The translations under genes and the position numbers were made by a program. Below, in pieces: positions 24,940-33,093 of a stretch of 64,000 nucleotides of DNA (position 1 is the first letter of the stretch; every line of letters begins with the position of its first letter). Under the pieces are notes generated by a model. It worked only from the letters and a program-made list of their open reading frames with translations. It had not been told where the DNA came from and searched no databases. Origin of the DNA: a virus; the IMG/VR virus record IMGVR_UViG_3300011008_000022; one strand, written 5' to 3'.

Positions 24940-25356
24940 ATGAAAGTAACAATCGACAATTTCAACAACCAACTGGAAGTCACCGTTCAGGGCGACACCA
25001 TGACCGTAGCGTTAGAACGTGGCCACTTCGTGCTATCTGATGCAGTCAATACTGAGTGCTCTTTTGAGACAGAAGAAGACTACGCCAGACTGTTGCACGA
25101 TGCAGCTCTGTCGTTAGTAACGCTGGGTACAGACGTTACCAGTTTCGATGAGTGGGAGAACCTGTTTAGCTCATGGGCCGACGATGAGCCTGGCGACGAT
25201 GCAGATCCCGAAGACCTCGAAGCCTATCACAAGTGCCTGGCGAATGACCGTGCCGACTTTGAGCGCGAACAGGATGCCGCCCGCAACTGGCAGTCACTGA
25301 CTGACCTCGATGCAAAAGCCATCTGGGACTACCTCGAAAACCGCTGGCAAATCTAA
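24940..25356 (+). CDS. highly acidic hypothetical protein (138 aa)
   Basis: Downstream of promoter cassette (-7 box 24870-24877) and leader hairpin 24904-24927; D/E-rich throughout. Confidence 0.7.
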   Translation: MKVTIDNFNNQLEVTVQGDTMTVALERGHFVLSDAVNTECSFETEEDYARLLHDAALSLVTLGTDVTSFDEWENLFSSWADDEPGDDADPEDLEAYHKCLANDRADFEREQDAARNWQSLTDLDAKAIWDYLENRWQI

Positions 25357-25398
25357 TCATTCATCAATTCATACATTCATAAAATCATCAATTCATTA
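25356..25398 (+). repeat. TTCATMA array
   Basis: atcattcatcaattcatacattcataaaatcatcaattcatta. Confidence 0.8.
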
Positions 25399-25417
25399 AA
25401 TATAGGAGAAACAAATT

Positions 25418-25750
25418 ATGAATAAAGAGATTACAATGGAGTTCGTTGCCGGCACCGTTGCCGACTTCCTGAACGCAGTCAATGAGGGTGAACAGTTCGC
25501 CTACGAGAATGCCGTACATACTTTCAAGAATAGCACAGAGCTGAACGATGAGCAGGAAGCTATGTTGAGAAATTCCCTGTACCATTTGGAAATTATGGAA
25601 AACAATATCCCTGATGTTGAAACTATGAAGCCAATCGTAGCATGTGAGTGTCACATCATCTTCTGGACGCTTGCTGCAGACTGGCATTGCATCAATACTC
25701 GCACCCTGGGAGATAGTGACGAGTATATATCACAGAACCCGAAGAACTAA
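25418..25750 (+). CDS. acidic hypothetical protein (110 aa)
   Basis: Preceded by TTCATCA array 25356-25398. Confidence 0.65.
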   Translation: MNKEITMEFVAGTVADFLNAVNEGEQFAYENAVHTFKNSTELNDEQEAMLRNSLYHLEIMENNIPDVETMKPIVACECHIIFWTLAADWHCINTRTLGDSDEYISQNPKN

Positions 25751-25807
25751 CCTCCCGTTATAGCACCCCCAGTTATTCACCGTTTCACTAAAAAACAGAA
25801 AACAATT

Positions 25808-27442
25808 ATGACACATTCAGATTATATCAACGCCGTTGGCCGCGCCAACTACTACTCCCACATGTACTATGTCGCATCCGCTCCCGTTGTGAGCGATGCC
25901 GAGTTTGATGCCCTCGTCGCTCAGATCGAGCAGTACGAACGCCTCAATCCCTCACACATTCTCCCAGACAGTCCCACCCAGCAGGTAGGCTCCGACCTCA
26001 ATGGCAATGGCCGTATCGTCCACCGCACCCCTATGCTCTCCTGTCAGAAGGCTCAGGACATCCAGAAGGTTGCTTCGTGGATCAACAAGACCAACCAGCG
26101 CATGAACGCCCTCACCGGCGACAACCACACTGGCGGTTACAAGCTCGTAGCCATGTGGAAGTACGACGGCATTTCTTGCTCTCTCGTCTATCAGGATGGC
26201 CAACTCATCAGCGCTGCCACTCGTGGCGATGGTAGGGTAGGGCAGGACATCACCGCCCACGCCCTCTGCATCCCCTCCATCCCTCAGCAGCTCCGCGAGA
26301 CGGGTGCCACCTACTCCCTCGCCGGTCGTATTGAGGTCCGTGGCGAAATCGTCTGCAGCAAGCGCAACCTCCACCTACTTTCCACTCGTTACACCGATTG
26401 CCGCACAGCAGCTTCCGCTCTCTGCAACCAGTCAGTGCCCGACGCTATCGATCTCGCCATGCTCGACTTCATCCCCTGGGATGCCTATATCGACGACGCT
26501 ATCAGCAGTCAGATTCAGTTCTCTTGCACCCCGCTCGGCTACCCCTGGCATAAGTTCGACTTCCTCCATCGCCTTTGCTTCATCCACCGTCCTGACGTAT
26601 GGACCGCCCACACTCTCGACGATGTTCAGCAGCTGCTGGCGAAGCGTGAGGCAGAACGTGCCGCTTTCGACTTCCCCGTTGATGGTATCGTCCTCCGCAT
26701 CATGCACGATGACTATTTCCGCGCCCTGGGTGCCACCGCACACCATCCTCATGGCTCTATCGCCTACAAGTTCGCACCCGCTAAGGCCATCACCACATGC
26801 CGCCGTATAGAGGTGACTGTAGGTAAGACTGGCAAGCGCACCCCCGTCGCTTACTTCGACTTTGTGACCCTCCTCGACCGCGAAGTACATTCCGCCTCCC
26901 TCTATTCAGAGAAGACAGCCAACGACCTCGGCATCTATCCAGGTGCCACCATCGAGGTAGGTCTGTCAAACGACATCACCCCAAAGGTCTTTCGCGTTAT
27001 AGCCACTGCCGGCGCTTCTGTTTCCTCCGTAGGCGATGGCTCTGCCGTCGCTCCTTCCCAGCCGCTCTCGGCTGGGGTAGGGGACAATGTTACGGAAAAT
27101 AACCCCTTATCTCCCGCCTCTGACGAAGCTCCCGCCGATTGTCCCGTATGTGGCGACACTATTGCCACCGATGACGAAGAGGAAGAAGTCTGGCTCGCCC
27201 CCTCTCTCTTCTCCGACGAAGCTCCCGCCACCGCTGCCCCTGTCGCCTCTGACAAAGAAGCCGCTCCTACCACAGCGCTCGGTGGTTCTCCCACCGATGA
27301 ACCCGCCACCCCTCACCATAGCACCACCGCCGCAGTTCTCGCCACTGTCGCCTGTGCTGCAGTCCTCTGTTGCTTTGGTGCAGTAGTCCTGGGTGCTGCC
27401 GTCTTCTGTCTGCCCCTCATAGCCGGCACCCTCCGCGTATAG
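25808..27442 (+). CDS. NAD-dependent DNA ligase-like protein lacking HhH/BRCT, with hydrophobic C-terminal tail
   Basis: Domain Ia-like YYSHMYYVASAPVVSDAEFDAL...DSPTQQVGS; adenylation site WKYDGISCSL; ATRGDGRVGQDIT; IEVRGEI; SIAYKFAP; OB-like VGKTGKRTPVAYF. Only a CPVCG remnant of the Zn finger remains. The protein ends in about 35 hydrophobic residues. Confidence 0.8.
   Translation: MTHSDYINAVGRANYYSHMYYVASAPVVSDAEFDALVAQIEQYERLNPSHILPDSPTQQVGSDLNGNGRIVHRTPMLSCQKAQDIQKVASWINKTNQRMNALTGDNHTGGYKLVAMWKYDGISCSLVYQDGQLISAATRGDGRVGQDITAHALCIPSIPQQLRETGATYSLAGRIEVRGEIVCSKRNLHLLSTRYTDCRTAASALCNQSVPDAIDLAMLDFIPWDAYIDDAISSQIQFSCTPLGYPWHKFDFLHRLCFIHRPDVWTAHTLDDVQQLLAKREAERAAFDFPVDGIVLRIMHDDYFRALGATAHHPHGSIAYKFAPAKAITTCRRIEVTVGKTGKRTPVAYFDFVTLLDREVHSASLYSEKTANDLGIYPGATIEVGLSNDITPKVFRVIATAGASVSSVGDGSAVAPSQPLSAGVGDNVTENNPLSPASDEAPADCPVCGDTIATDDEEEEVWLAPSLFSDEAPATAAPVASDKEAAPTTALGGSPTDEPATPHHSTTAAVLATVACAAVLCCFGAVVLGAAVFCLPLIAGTLRV
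27057..27076 (+). repeat. family-A hairpin, in frame in the ligase gene
   Basis: CCCAGCCGctctCGGCTGGG (peptide PSQPLSAG). Confidence 0.85.
27279..27297 (+). repeat. family-A-type hairpin variant, in frame in the ligase gene
   Basis: TCGGTGGttctcCCACCGA (peptide LGGSPTD). Confidence 0.65.
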
Positions 27443-27457
27443 CGGATCTCCCGCTGG
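27441..27457 (+). repeat. short family-A-like hairpin overlapping the ligase stop codon
   Basis: AGCGGatctcCCGCTgg. Confidence 0.5.
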
Positions 27458-27468
27458 TCATCCGGCTC

Positions 27469-27496
27469 GTTCCGCATGTGGCTATGTTATAGCCAT
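27469..27496 (+). repeat. family-B hairpin, stem variant
   Basis: gttccgcatgTGGCTATgttATAGCCAt. Confidence 0.75.
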
Positions 27497-27511
27497 CCTC
27501 CCAAATCACAA

Positions 27512-27540
27512 ATTTCATCAATTCATCAAATCATCATTCA
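27512..27540 (+). repeat. TTCATMA array before ATG 27541
   Basis: atttcatcaattcatcaaatcatcattca. Confidence 0.8.
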
Positions 27541-28359
27541 ATGGAAAATCAATTCAACACCGTTCAGCCCAACCCCATCTGGGATGGCGAACTTTCACAG
27601 TATAGTCAGCACTTCATGTCGGGTATGCAGTTCCACGCACCCTTCATCGTCACCAAGTATCAGCAGCGTTCCGACCTCGGCGACTGCATCATCAGCACCC
27701 GTCCGCCTTATCTCGTTTGCAAGATCCACGGCTTCAAGACAGCAGCTGCTGCCGGACGCACCGACAATCCCAAGCTGGTGGCCATGGCCGAACGTGAGGA
27801 ACAGGCTCGTGTCGAATACCTCCAGCAGCGCCAGCAGGCGTTCCGCAATCGTATTGAAGCCGACCGTCATGGCATCACCATCCGCCAGCTCATTGAACAG
27901 CAGGGACGTGTCTATGACGAAGAACTCGATGAGCCGCGCATCGTCTGCAAGGTGCCTGGTCTTAATGTCTATCTCGAACTCGTAGGCTGCCTCCAGCCGC
28001 TTTCTGATGAAGACCCCGAATGGCTCGGCGACAATGGCATCCTCGCCACGCTCGACTCCATGATGCAGTGGGCACCAAACATCTACGACCGCGCCGATCG
28101 CCGTGCTCGTGCCTCTCAGTTCTCCGACATTCAGCCCCTCGACTCCTGGATTGACCCCTACAATCCTGACCTCCGCCCCTGGATGCCTCGCAAACGTGGC
28201 CTCGGTCATACTTTCATCGACCCCAGCCGCCGCCCTGATCTGCTTTACTCCAAGGCACCGCAAGGCGCTGCCGACTATGGCATGATACGCACCATCAAGG
28301 AGGCCACCGCCCACAATGCCGCCCAGGGCATAGCCCCCGAAGACTATGGCCACCGTTAG
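27541..28359 (+). CDS. hypothetical protein (272 aa)
   Basis: Preceded by TTCATCA array 27512-27540. Confidence 0.7.
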   Translation: MENQFNTVQPNPIWDGELSQYSQHFMSGMQFHAPFIVTKYQQRSDLGDCIISTRPPYLVCKIHGFKTAAAAGRTDNPKLVAMAEREEQARVEYLQQRQQAFRNRIEADRHGITIRQLIEQQGRVYDEELDEPRIVCKVPGLNVYLELVGCLQPLSDEDPEWLGDNGILATLDSMMQWAPNIYDRADRRARASQFSDIQPLDSWIDPYNPDLRPWMPRKRGLGHTFIDPSRRPDLLYSKAPQGAADYGMIRTIKEATAHNAAQGIAPEDYGHR

Positions 28360-28398
28360 CCCCTATATGTCGTTATAGCGCACCTCAAAAATCACAAA

Positions 28399-28449
28399 AT
28401 TTCATCATTTCATCAATTCATACATTCATATATTCATAAATTCATAAAA
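28399..28449 (+). repeat. TTCATMA array (longest, about 6 units) upstream of the parA promoter
   Basis: atttcatcatttcatcaattcatacattcatatattcataaattcataaaa. Confidence 0.8.
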
Positions 28450-28464
28450 TAAACATCATTTTAT

Positions 28465-28495
28465 TTTGTAAAATCAAAATTTATTTTTATCTTTG
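28465..28495 (+). promoter_or_regulatory. parA promoter (-33 TTTG, 19 nt spacer, -7 TATCTTTG)
   Basis: ttttgtaaaatcaaaatttatttttatctttgcacc. Confidence 0.65.
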
Positions 28496-28521
28496 CACCA
28501 AAATTATCAAATTATATCATT

Positions 28522-29385
28522 ATGGCACGTATTAAAGAAATCCTGGCATTCGCCAACAATAAGGGTGGGGTAGCCAAAACCACCACCGTCCAGAACGTCG
28601 CTGCCGGTCTTCTCCGGCGCAACAGTCGTCTGCGCATCCTCTGCATCGATCTCGACCCGCAGGGCAATCTTTCTTCCCTCCTCGGCTGGCGCGATAAGAT
28701 GAAGGAGTACCACGCTAAGAACCTCGCCACTCTCACCGTGGCCGATGCCCTCCGCGATGGCGACAACAACCACCTGCCTGTCTATCAGTCTCGCAAGGGT
28801 CTCTACTATGTCCCCGCCTCTGCCGGACTGTCCGACATCGACCCTGACCTCCATCGTCAGATGCAGTCCAAGCTGGTGCTTTCGTCACTCTTTGGCAATG
28901 ACATCTTCGACATGGACCACCTCTACCTCGGTGCAAAGGCACTCGATGGCGAATACATTGAAGACACCTTCGACTATGTGCTCATCGACTGTGCTCCTGC
29001 CCTCTCCGAACTAACCTTCAACGCGCTCGCTGCCGCCTCTGGTGTCATCATCCCCGTGCAGCTCGGCTCGCTTTCAGTCGATGGCATTGGCCGCATGGTC
29101 GAAGCCTACAAGAATGTCAAGCGCAAACTCAATGCCGACCTCGACATGCGGGGCTTGCTCATTGTCATGGCCGACGAGCGCACCCGACTGGCTCGTGAGA
29201 CTACCGACTACCTCCGCGACCAGTACGACACCACTATCTTTAAGACGCGCATCCGCCAGTGTGTTAAGGTGGGCGAAAGCCAGTTCCAGCATGAGGACAT
29301 CTTCACCTATGCCCCCGAATGCACCGCCTCTCACGACTACCGCGACTTCGTTTCCGAACTCATCAAAACCCAAAATCCTGAATAA
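28522..29385 (+). CDS. parA: ParA/Soj-family partition ATPase
   Basis: Deviant Walker A NNKGGVAKTTT near the N-terminus; DCAP Walker B-like region; own promoter (-33 at 28465-28468, -7 at 28488-28495). Confidence 0.85.
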   Translation: MARIKEILAFANNKGGVAKTTTVQNVAAGLLRRNSRLRILCIDLDPQGNLSSLLGWRDKMKEYHAKNLATLTVADALRDGDNNHLPVYQSRKGLYYVPASAGLSDIDPDLHRQMQSKLVLSSLFGNDIFDMDHLYLGAKALDGEYIEDTFDYVLIDCAPALSELTFNALAAASGVIIPVQLGSLSVDGIGRMVEAYKNVKRKLNADLDMRGLLIVMADERTRLARETTDYLRDQYDTTIFKTRIRQCVKVGESQFQHEDIFTYAPECTASHDYRDFVSELIKTQNPE

Positions 29386-29387
29386 TT

Positions 29388-29732
29388 ATGGCTGTCAAAT
29401 CATTCAAAAAGACTTCCAAAAAGTCCATCGTTGCCGGTTCCCCCGCTATTGAGGAACACGAGCAGATCATGTCCTCCGTCCGTGCTGAGTCTGCCGAACC
29501 TGCTCCAAGCGGTTCTCCCGCTGCCCCCGCTTCCGCTGCGTCAGCATCAGGCACCACCATCGGTGTCTTCTCCACGCTCAACACCGAACCGCTGAAGAAC
29601 GTCCAGACGCGCGTACCGCTCTCTATCTATGAGAAACTGAACCGCATGAAGTATTTTGCCGGACAGCGCACCTCTATCGGCGACATTGTGGCACAGGCCA
29701 TTCAGGAGTATTGCGACCGGCATCCCGTCTGA
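29388..29732 (+). CDS. ParG-like ribbon-helix-helix centromere-binding protein (candidate)
   Basis: Starts 3 nt after parA; disordered N-terminus; C-terminal TRVPLSIYEKLNRMKYFAGQRTSIGDIVAQAIQEY fits a strand-helix-helix pattern. Confidence 0.55.
   Translation: MAVKSFKKTSKKSIVAGSPAIEEHEQIMSSVRAESAEPAPSGSPAAPASAASASGTTIGVFSTLNTEPLKNVQTRVPLSIYEKLNRMKYFAGQRTSIGDIVAQAIQEYCDRHPV
29508..29522 (+). repeat. short family-A-like hairpin, in frame in the ParG-like gene
   Basis: AGCGGttctcCCGCT (peptide PSGSPAA). Confidence 0.55.
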
Positions 29733-29748
29733 TTGGGGTGGGGTATAG

Positions 29749-29809
29749 GTTACGCTTTTTTACCCCTAAATTACGTTCCTTATCCCCATAGGGTTACGCT
29801 TTTTACCCC
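29749..29809 (-). repeat. three inverted Rep iterons
   Basis: GTTACGcttttttACCCC, aTTACGttccttaTCCCC, GTTACGctttttACCCC; these are reverse complements of the GGGGTnnnnnnnCGTAAC units. Confidence 0.8.
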
Positions 29810-29814
29810 CTAAA

Positions 29815-29890
29815 CATGATATATATCTTTATTTATTATATAGTATTGATAAATTTTCTTTTATATGATTATAAGAATATATAATTACCT
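29815..29890. promoter_or_regulatory. AT-rich stretch between iteron sets (candidate DNA unwinding element of the plasmid-type origin)
   Basis: atgatatatatctttatttattatatagtattgataaattttcttttatatgattataagaatatataatt. Confidence 0.6.
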
Positions 29891-29944
29891 GCGCCCTCCA
29901 TTGGCTCACAACCCCCGTAAATACTGGCTTTCTGCCGTTTCGGT

Positions 29945-30190
29945 GGGGTATTTCTCCGTAGCCTTCGGTGGCATTCTCCGTAACCTTTGGGCTGTTCTTG
30001 GTAACGGTGGGGTGCATTTCCGGCCACTCTCTTCGTTAGGGGTCATTTTCCGTAACTCTCTCCCCGTTGTTCTCTATGTTGCTATACCATCGCAACTCTT
30101 CTATAAGGGGTCATTTTCCGTAACTCTCCCCCGTCCGTGCATGTGGCTATGCCATAGCCACCAGTCATTTAAGGGGTAAATCTTCGTAAC
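29945..30190 (+). repeat. seven direct Rep iterons (about 18 nt; first four spaced about 20-23 nt)
   Basis: GGGGTAtttctcCGTAGC 29945; GGTGGCattctcCGTAAC 29967; tGGGCTgttcttGGTAAC 29988; GGGGTGcatttcCGGCCA 30009; GGGGTCattttcCGTAAC 30039 and 30107; GGGGTAaatcttCGTAAC 30173, abutting the rep ATG. Confidence 0.85.
30133..30161 (+). repeat. family-B hairpin, stem variant, inside the iteron region
   Basis: gtccgtgcatGTGGCTATGcCATAGCCAC. Confidence 0.85.
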
Positions 30191-30191
30191 T

Positions 30192-31661
30192 ATGGCAAAG
30201 AAAACTGATAAGATGCAGCAGCTCATCAAGTCTGACAATAGCATCATCCGCGAACTCCGCGACCAGAAGTGGATCTACAATCCAAAAGTCTATGCTCAGG
30301 TGGCAGGCGACTTCTCCCTCATGCACCAGCGCGTCCTCATGGGTGTACTCGAAAAGTTGCAGGACCGCATCGCCTATTCTGCTTCCGAACATCAAAAGAA
30401 CCAGCAACTCTGGCTGCCGCTTTTCGCACCAGAGGAAATGAATACCTCCGTTGACTTCGAGATCGAGGCTCGTGACCTGGGTGTCACTCCTGGCCACTAT
30501 CCCGAACTGGCTCAGGCACTCGGCGACCTCGTAAGCATGAAGATAGGCTATCCGAAGAAAAAGGGCAATAAGACCGTCTATGTCTTCGCCTCGCTCTTCT
30601 CTCGCATTGAAATGCCTACCTCCGATAATGGCTGGCGCACCGGCAAAATCCGTGTCAAGATGGATAAGGAGAATGTCAACGACTTCCTCTCTATGGATCG
30701 TGGTTATACCGACCATATCGCCCGCATAGCCCAGTTCTCAAAGAAACAGCGCACACCGCGCATCTATATCTATCTCTCCACCTTCAAGTACAAAGGACGT
30801 AACGAGGTGGAGTACCCCGAACTCTGCGAATTTCTCGGCATCGACGATGCTACCTACGTCGCTACTCATAAGGCCGAGAAACCCGATGTCAAACCTACCG
30901 ACAATCCCTTCCACAAGTTCTCAAAGGTCAAGAAACTCATCCTCGACCCCTCTAAGGCCGAAATGGATGCTTTCTCTGCTGACCGCAAAATCGACTTCTC
31001 TTTCACCTACGAACCGCTCTATAAGGATGGACGCAAAAAGGGCAATCCTACCCATATCGAGTTTGTCATTGTCCCTGGTGCCCTCGGCATCGAACGCGAA
31101 CAGGAACGCAAGCGCCACAACCAGATACAGGCGCTCATCAATGCCCTCACCCGTCAGTGGTCCGACCTCCATGCCTACGACCTCCTCGAAGTCGCTAAGG
31201 ATGTTGCTGATGATTGGCTCGACGACTTCTGCAACTATGCCTATGATGATGTGCGCCGCCAGGTGGAGAAAACACAGCCCGACCATGTAGCCGAATACGT
31301 CCTCACCCTCCTGCAGACGTGGGTCAAGAATAAGACCAACGAGGCTCGCCGTTTGGAGGTAGAGCGCAAACGTCAGTACGACATCTTCGTCCAGCAGCAG
31401 GCAGAAAGCCGGTGGCGTTCGCTGATGCAGGAACTCGGCGCACAGACCCCTCTCCGTGCCCGTCAGATCAACATCGAGCGCTATGACGAAGAAACTCACA
31501 CCCTCACCATCGCCCTCGCCGGCAAGGATATCTACGACCAGATAGAACCTATCACCGACGACCAGGGCAACACCATCACCAAAGGCATCTATCAGGATAT
31601 CTGGTTTTCTCTTGTGCGCAAATACTTTCCCCGCTCCATAGTCCAGTACCGCATGTCCTGA
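30192..31661 (+). CDS. iteron-type plasmid replication initiator (Rep_3/RepB-like)
   Basis: N-terminal IKSDNSIIREL...DFSLMHQRVLMGVLEKL resembles initiator Rep N-termini; seven upstream iterons with the last abutting the ATG; inverted iterons on both sides. Confidence 0.7.
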   Translation: MAKKTDKMQQLIKSDNSIIRELRDQKWIYNPKVYAQVAGDFSLMHQRVLMGVLEKLQDRIAYSASEHQKNQQLWLPLFAPEEMNTSVDFEIEARDLGVTPGHYPELAQALGDLVSMKIGYPKKKGNKTVYVFASLFSRIEMPTSDNGWRTGKIRVKMDKENVNDFLSMDRGYTDHIARIAQFSKKQRTPRIYIYLSTFKYKGRNEVEYPELCEFLGIDDATYVATHKAEKPDVKPTDNPFHKFSKVKKLILDPSKAEMDAFSADRKIDFSFTYEPLYKDGRKKGNPTHIEFVIVPGALGIEREQERKRHNQIQALINALTRQWSDLHAYDLLEVAKDVADDWLDDFCNYAYDDVRRQVEKTQPDHVAEYVLTLLQTWVKNKTNEARRLEVERKRQYDIFVQQQAESRWRSLMQELGAQTPLRARQINIERYDEETHTLTIALAGKDIYDQIEPITDDQGNTITKGIYQDIWFSLVRKYFPRSIVQYRMS

Positions 31662-31662
31662 A

Positions 31663-31680
31663 GTTACGCTTTTTTACCCC
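31663..31680 (-). repeat. inverted iteron immediately after the rep stop
   Basis: GTTACGcttttttACCCC, identical to the copy at 29749. Confidence 0.8.
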
Positions 31681-31688
31681 TAACCGTT

Positions 31689-31715
31689 CCCAGCCTTTCT
31701 CGGCTGGGCTTTTTT
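31689..31715 (+). terminator. family-A hairpin with T-run after rep
   Basis: CCCAGCCtttctcGGCTGGGctttttt. Confidence 0.8.
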
Positions 31716-31741
31716 GTCCCTTTCCTCTCGCTGGTTCTTCA

Positions 31742-31749
31742 TATCTTTG
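31742..31749 (+). promoter_or_regulatory. -7 promoter box
   Basis: catatctttgcc upstream of the 31776 gene. Confidence 0.55.
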
Positions 31750-31775
31750 CCATTGTAATCAAAGATATTATAGCC

Positions 31776-32393
31776 ATGCAGAAAAAATCACTTATTCCCC
31801 GTTCCGTGTGCTGCTATCTCGTAGCAGCCTTATGTGCTTTCTCTGTGCTCTCTTGCACCACGTCTCGTACCGCCACCTCCACTGTCACCCATAGTGAGGG
31901 CGATAGCCTCCGTGCGCTCTCAGCTCAGTATGCTGCCGTCTCACAGCAGCTGTCTCGTTACGACTCCCTCTTTGCCCAGATGCAGGCTCGCATCACTGCC
32001 CAGCAGTCCACACAAGAGCAAAGCACTGAGCGTATCCAGGAGTCCGTCACCACCTATCTCGACTCCCTGGGGCGTGAGGTACGTCAGGAAAACCGCACCA
32101 TCGACCGCAACCTCTCTCGTCAGACAGAACTACGCTACGAGCAACAGATCTCCTCACTCCAACAGCAGCTGTCACAGGAAACGGCTCGTACCGACTCCCT
32201 CTCAGAAGCCCTCTACATGCTCCAACAGGTCAACTGGCTCGACTCCCTCAATCAGCAATCATATAAAGAACCAGCGCCCTCCCGCATTCAGTCGTGGTGG
32301 GATGGCTTAGTCCTCCATCTGGGCTATATCGCCCTCTTTGGCATCCTCGGTGTCCTCATCTTCCTCGTCGCCCGCTACTTCCTATGCAAATAA
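31776..32393 (+). CDS. lipoprotein with coiled-coil centre and C-terminal TM helix (u-spanin-like architecture)
   Basis: Lipobox FSVLS-C; Q/S/L-rich heptad-like middle; C-terminal LGYIALFGILGVLIFLVARYF; -7 box at 31742-31749. Confidence 0.7.
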   Translation: MQKKSLIPRSVCCYLVAALCAFSVLSCTTSRTATSTVTHSEGDSLRALSAQYAAVSQQLSRYDSLFAQMQARITAQQSTQEQSTERIQESVTTYLDSLGREVRQENRTIDRNLSRQTELRYEQQISSLQQQLSQETARTDSLSEALYMLQQVNWLDSLNQQSYKEPAPSRIQSWWDGLVLHLGYIALFGILGVLIFLVARYFLCK

Positions 32394-32399
32394 CAGAAG

Positions 32400-32419
32400 C
32401 CCAGCCGTTCTCGGCTGGG
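32400..32419 (+). repeat. family-A hairpin between convergent genes
   Basis: CCCAGCCGttctCGGCTGGG. Confidence 0.9.
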
Positions 32420-32429
32420 CCTCTCGTTA

Positions 32430-32460
32430 GTTTCGTCCATTGTCCGGCGATTCCATCGCC
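32430..32460 (+). repeat. family-C motif
   Basis: gtttcgtccattgtccGGCGATtccATCGCC. Confidence 0.85.
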
Positions 32461-32463
32461 GTC

Positions 32464-33078
32464 TTATTTCCTTTTCAGCATTTCCGCCAGCCGTGCCTGT
32501 TGCTCTTTCGTCACAACCATTTCCGCTGCCTGCTGCTTCATGTACTCCTGCATCTGCTTCGTCGTGCGTTCCTCCCATGCCTTGTGCAACTTCTTAAAGT
32601 GGCAGAAAGCCTTATTGACCCACTTCGTGCGCTTATAGCCATGCTTCATGCCCAGATAGCTGCTCATGGTAATCTTCACGTCGTTGGCACCCAGTTCCAC
32701 CTTTGGCTCCATGTCGCGGATAGTCATCTTCCTATATGCCTTCTTCAACTTCCTTGGCAACCGCTCCTTTTTAAAGAACATTCTCTTAATCCTCTTCTTA
32801 TCCGCTTTACTGAAGTAGTGCTTCACATTAACGCTTATGCTAAAAGGCTCCTTGGGCACCTCCACTTTCGGCGCTACCATTTCCGGCTCAATAAAGACAG
32901 AAGGAGTCACCTTGACGTTATGCTGCTCTATCACGTTCGACATCGGCACCGGCTGCCCAGGCACAATAGGGTGGTCTATTGACGGCTTAATCAGATACAC
33001 CTTTGTCGTATCAAATGCCGGCATTCCCGCTAAATCATACGTCAGCATACCAGGCTTTAAGTTCTTCAAATCATCCAT
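32464..33078 (-). CDS. hypothetical protein (204 aa)
   Basis: Lys-rich natural sequence; preferred over overlapping + ORF 32440..32982. Confidence 0.7.
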   Translation of the reverse strand: MDDLKNLKPGMLTYDLAGMPAFDTTKVYLIKPSIDHPIVPGQPVPMSNVIEQHNVKVTPSVFIEPEMVAPKVEVPKEPFSISVNVKHYFSKADKKRIKRMFFKKERLPRKLKKAYRKMTIRDMEPKVELGANDVKITMSSYLGMKHGYKRTKWVNKAFCHFKKLHKAWEERTTKQMQEYMKQQAAEMVVTKEQQARLAEMLKRK

Positions 33079-33093
33079 TGCTTTTCCTATGTT

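Noticed and set aside
32440-32982. + strand ORF 32440..32982 (180 aa)
   Set aside because: A Leu/His/Arg-rich shadow of the minus-strand gene 32464..33078. It begins inside the family-C motif.
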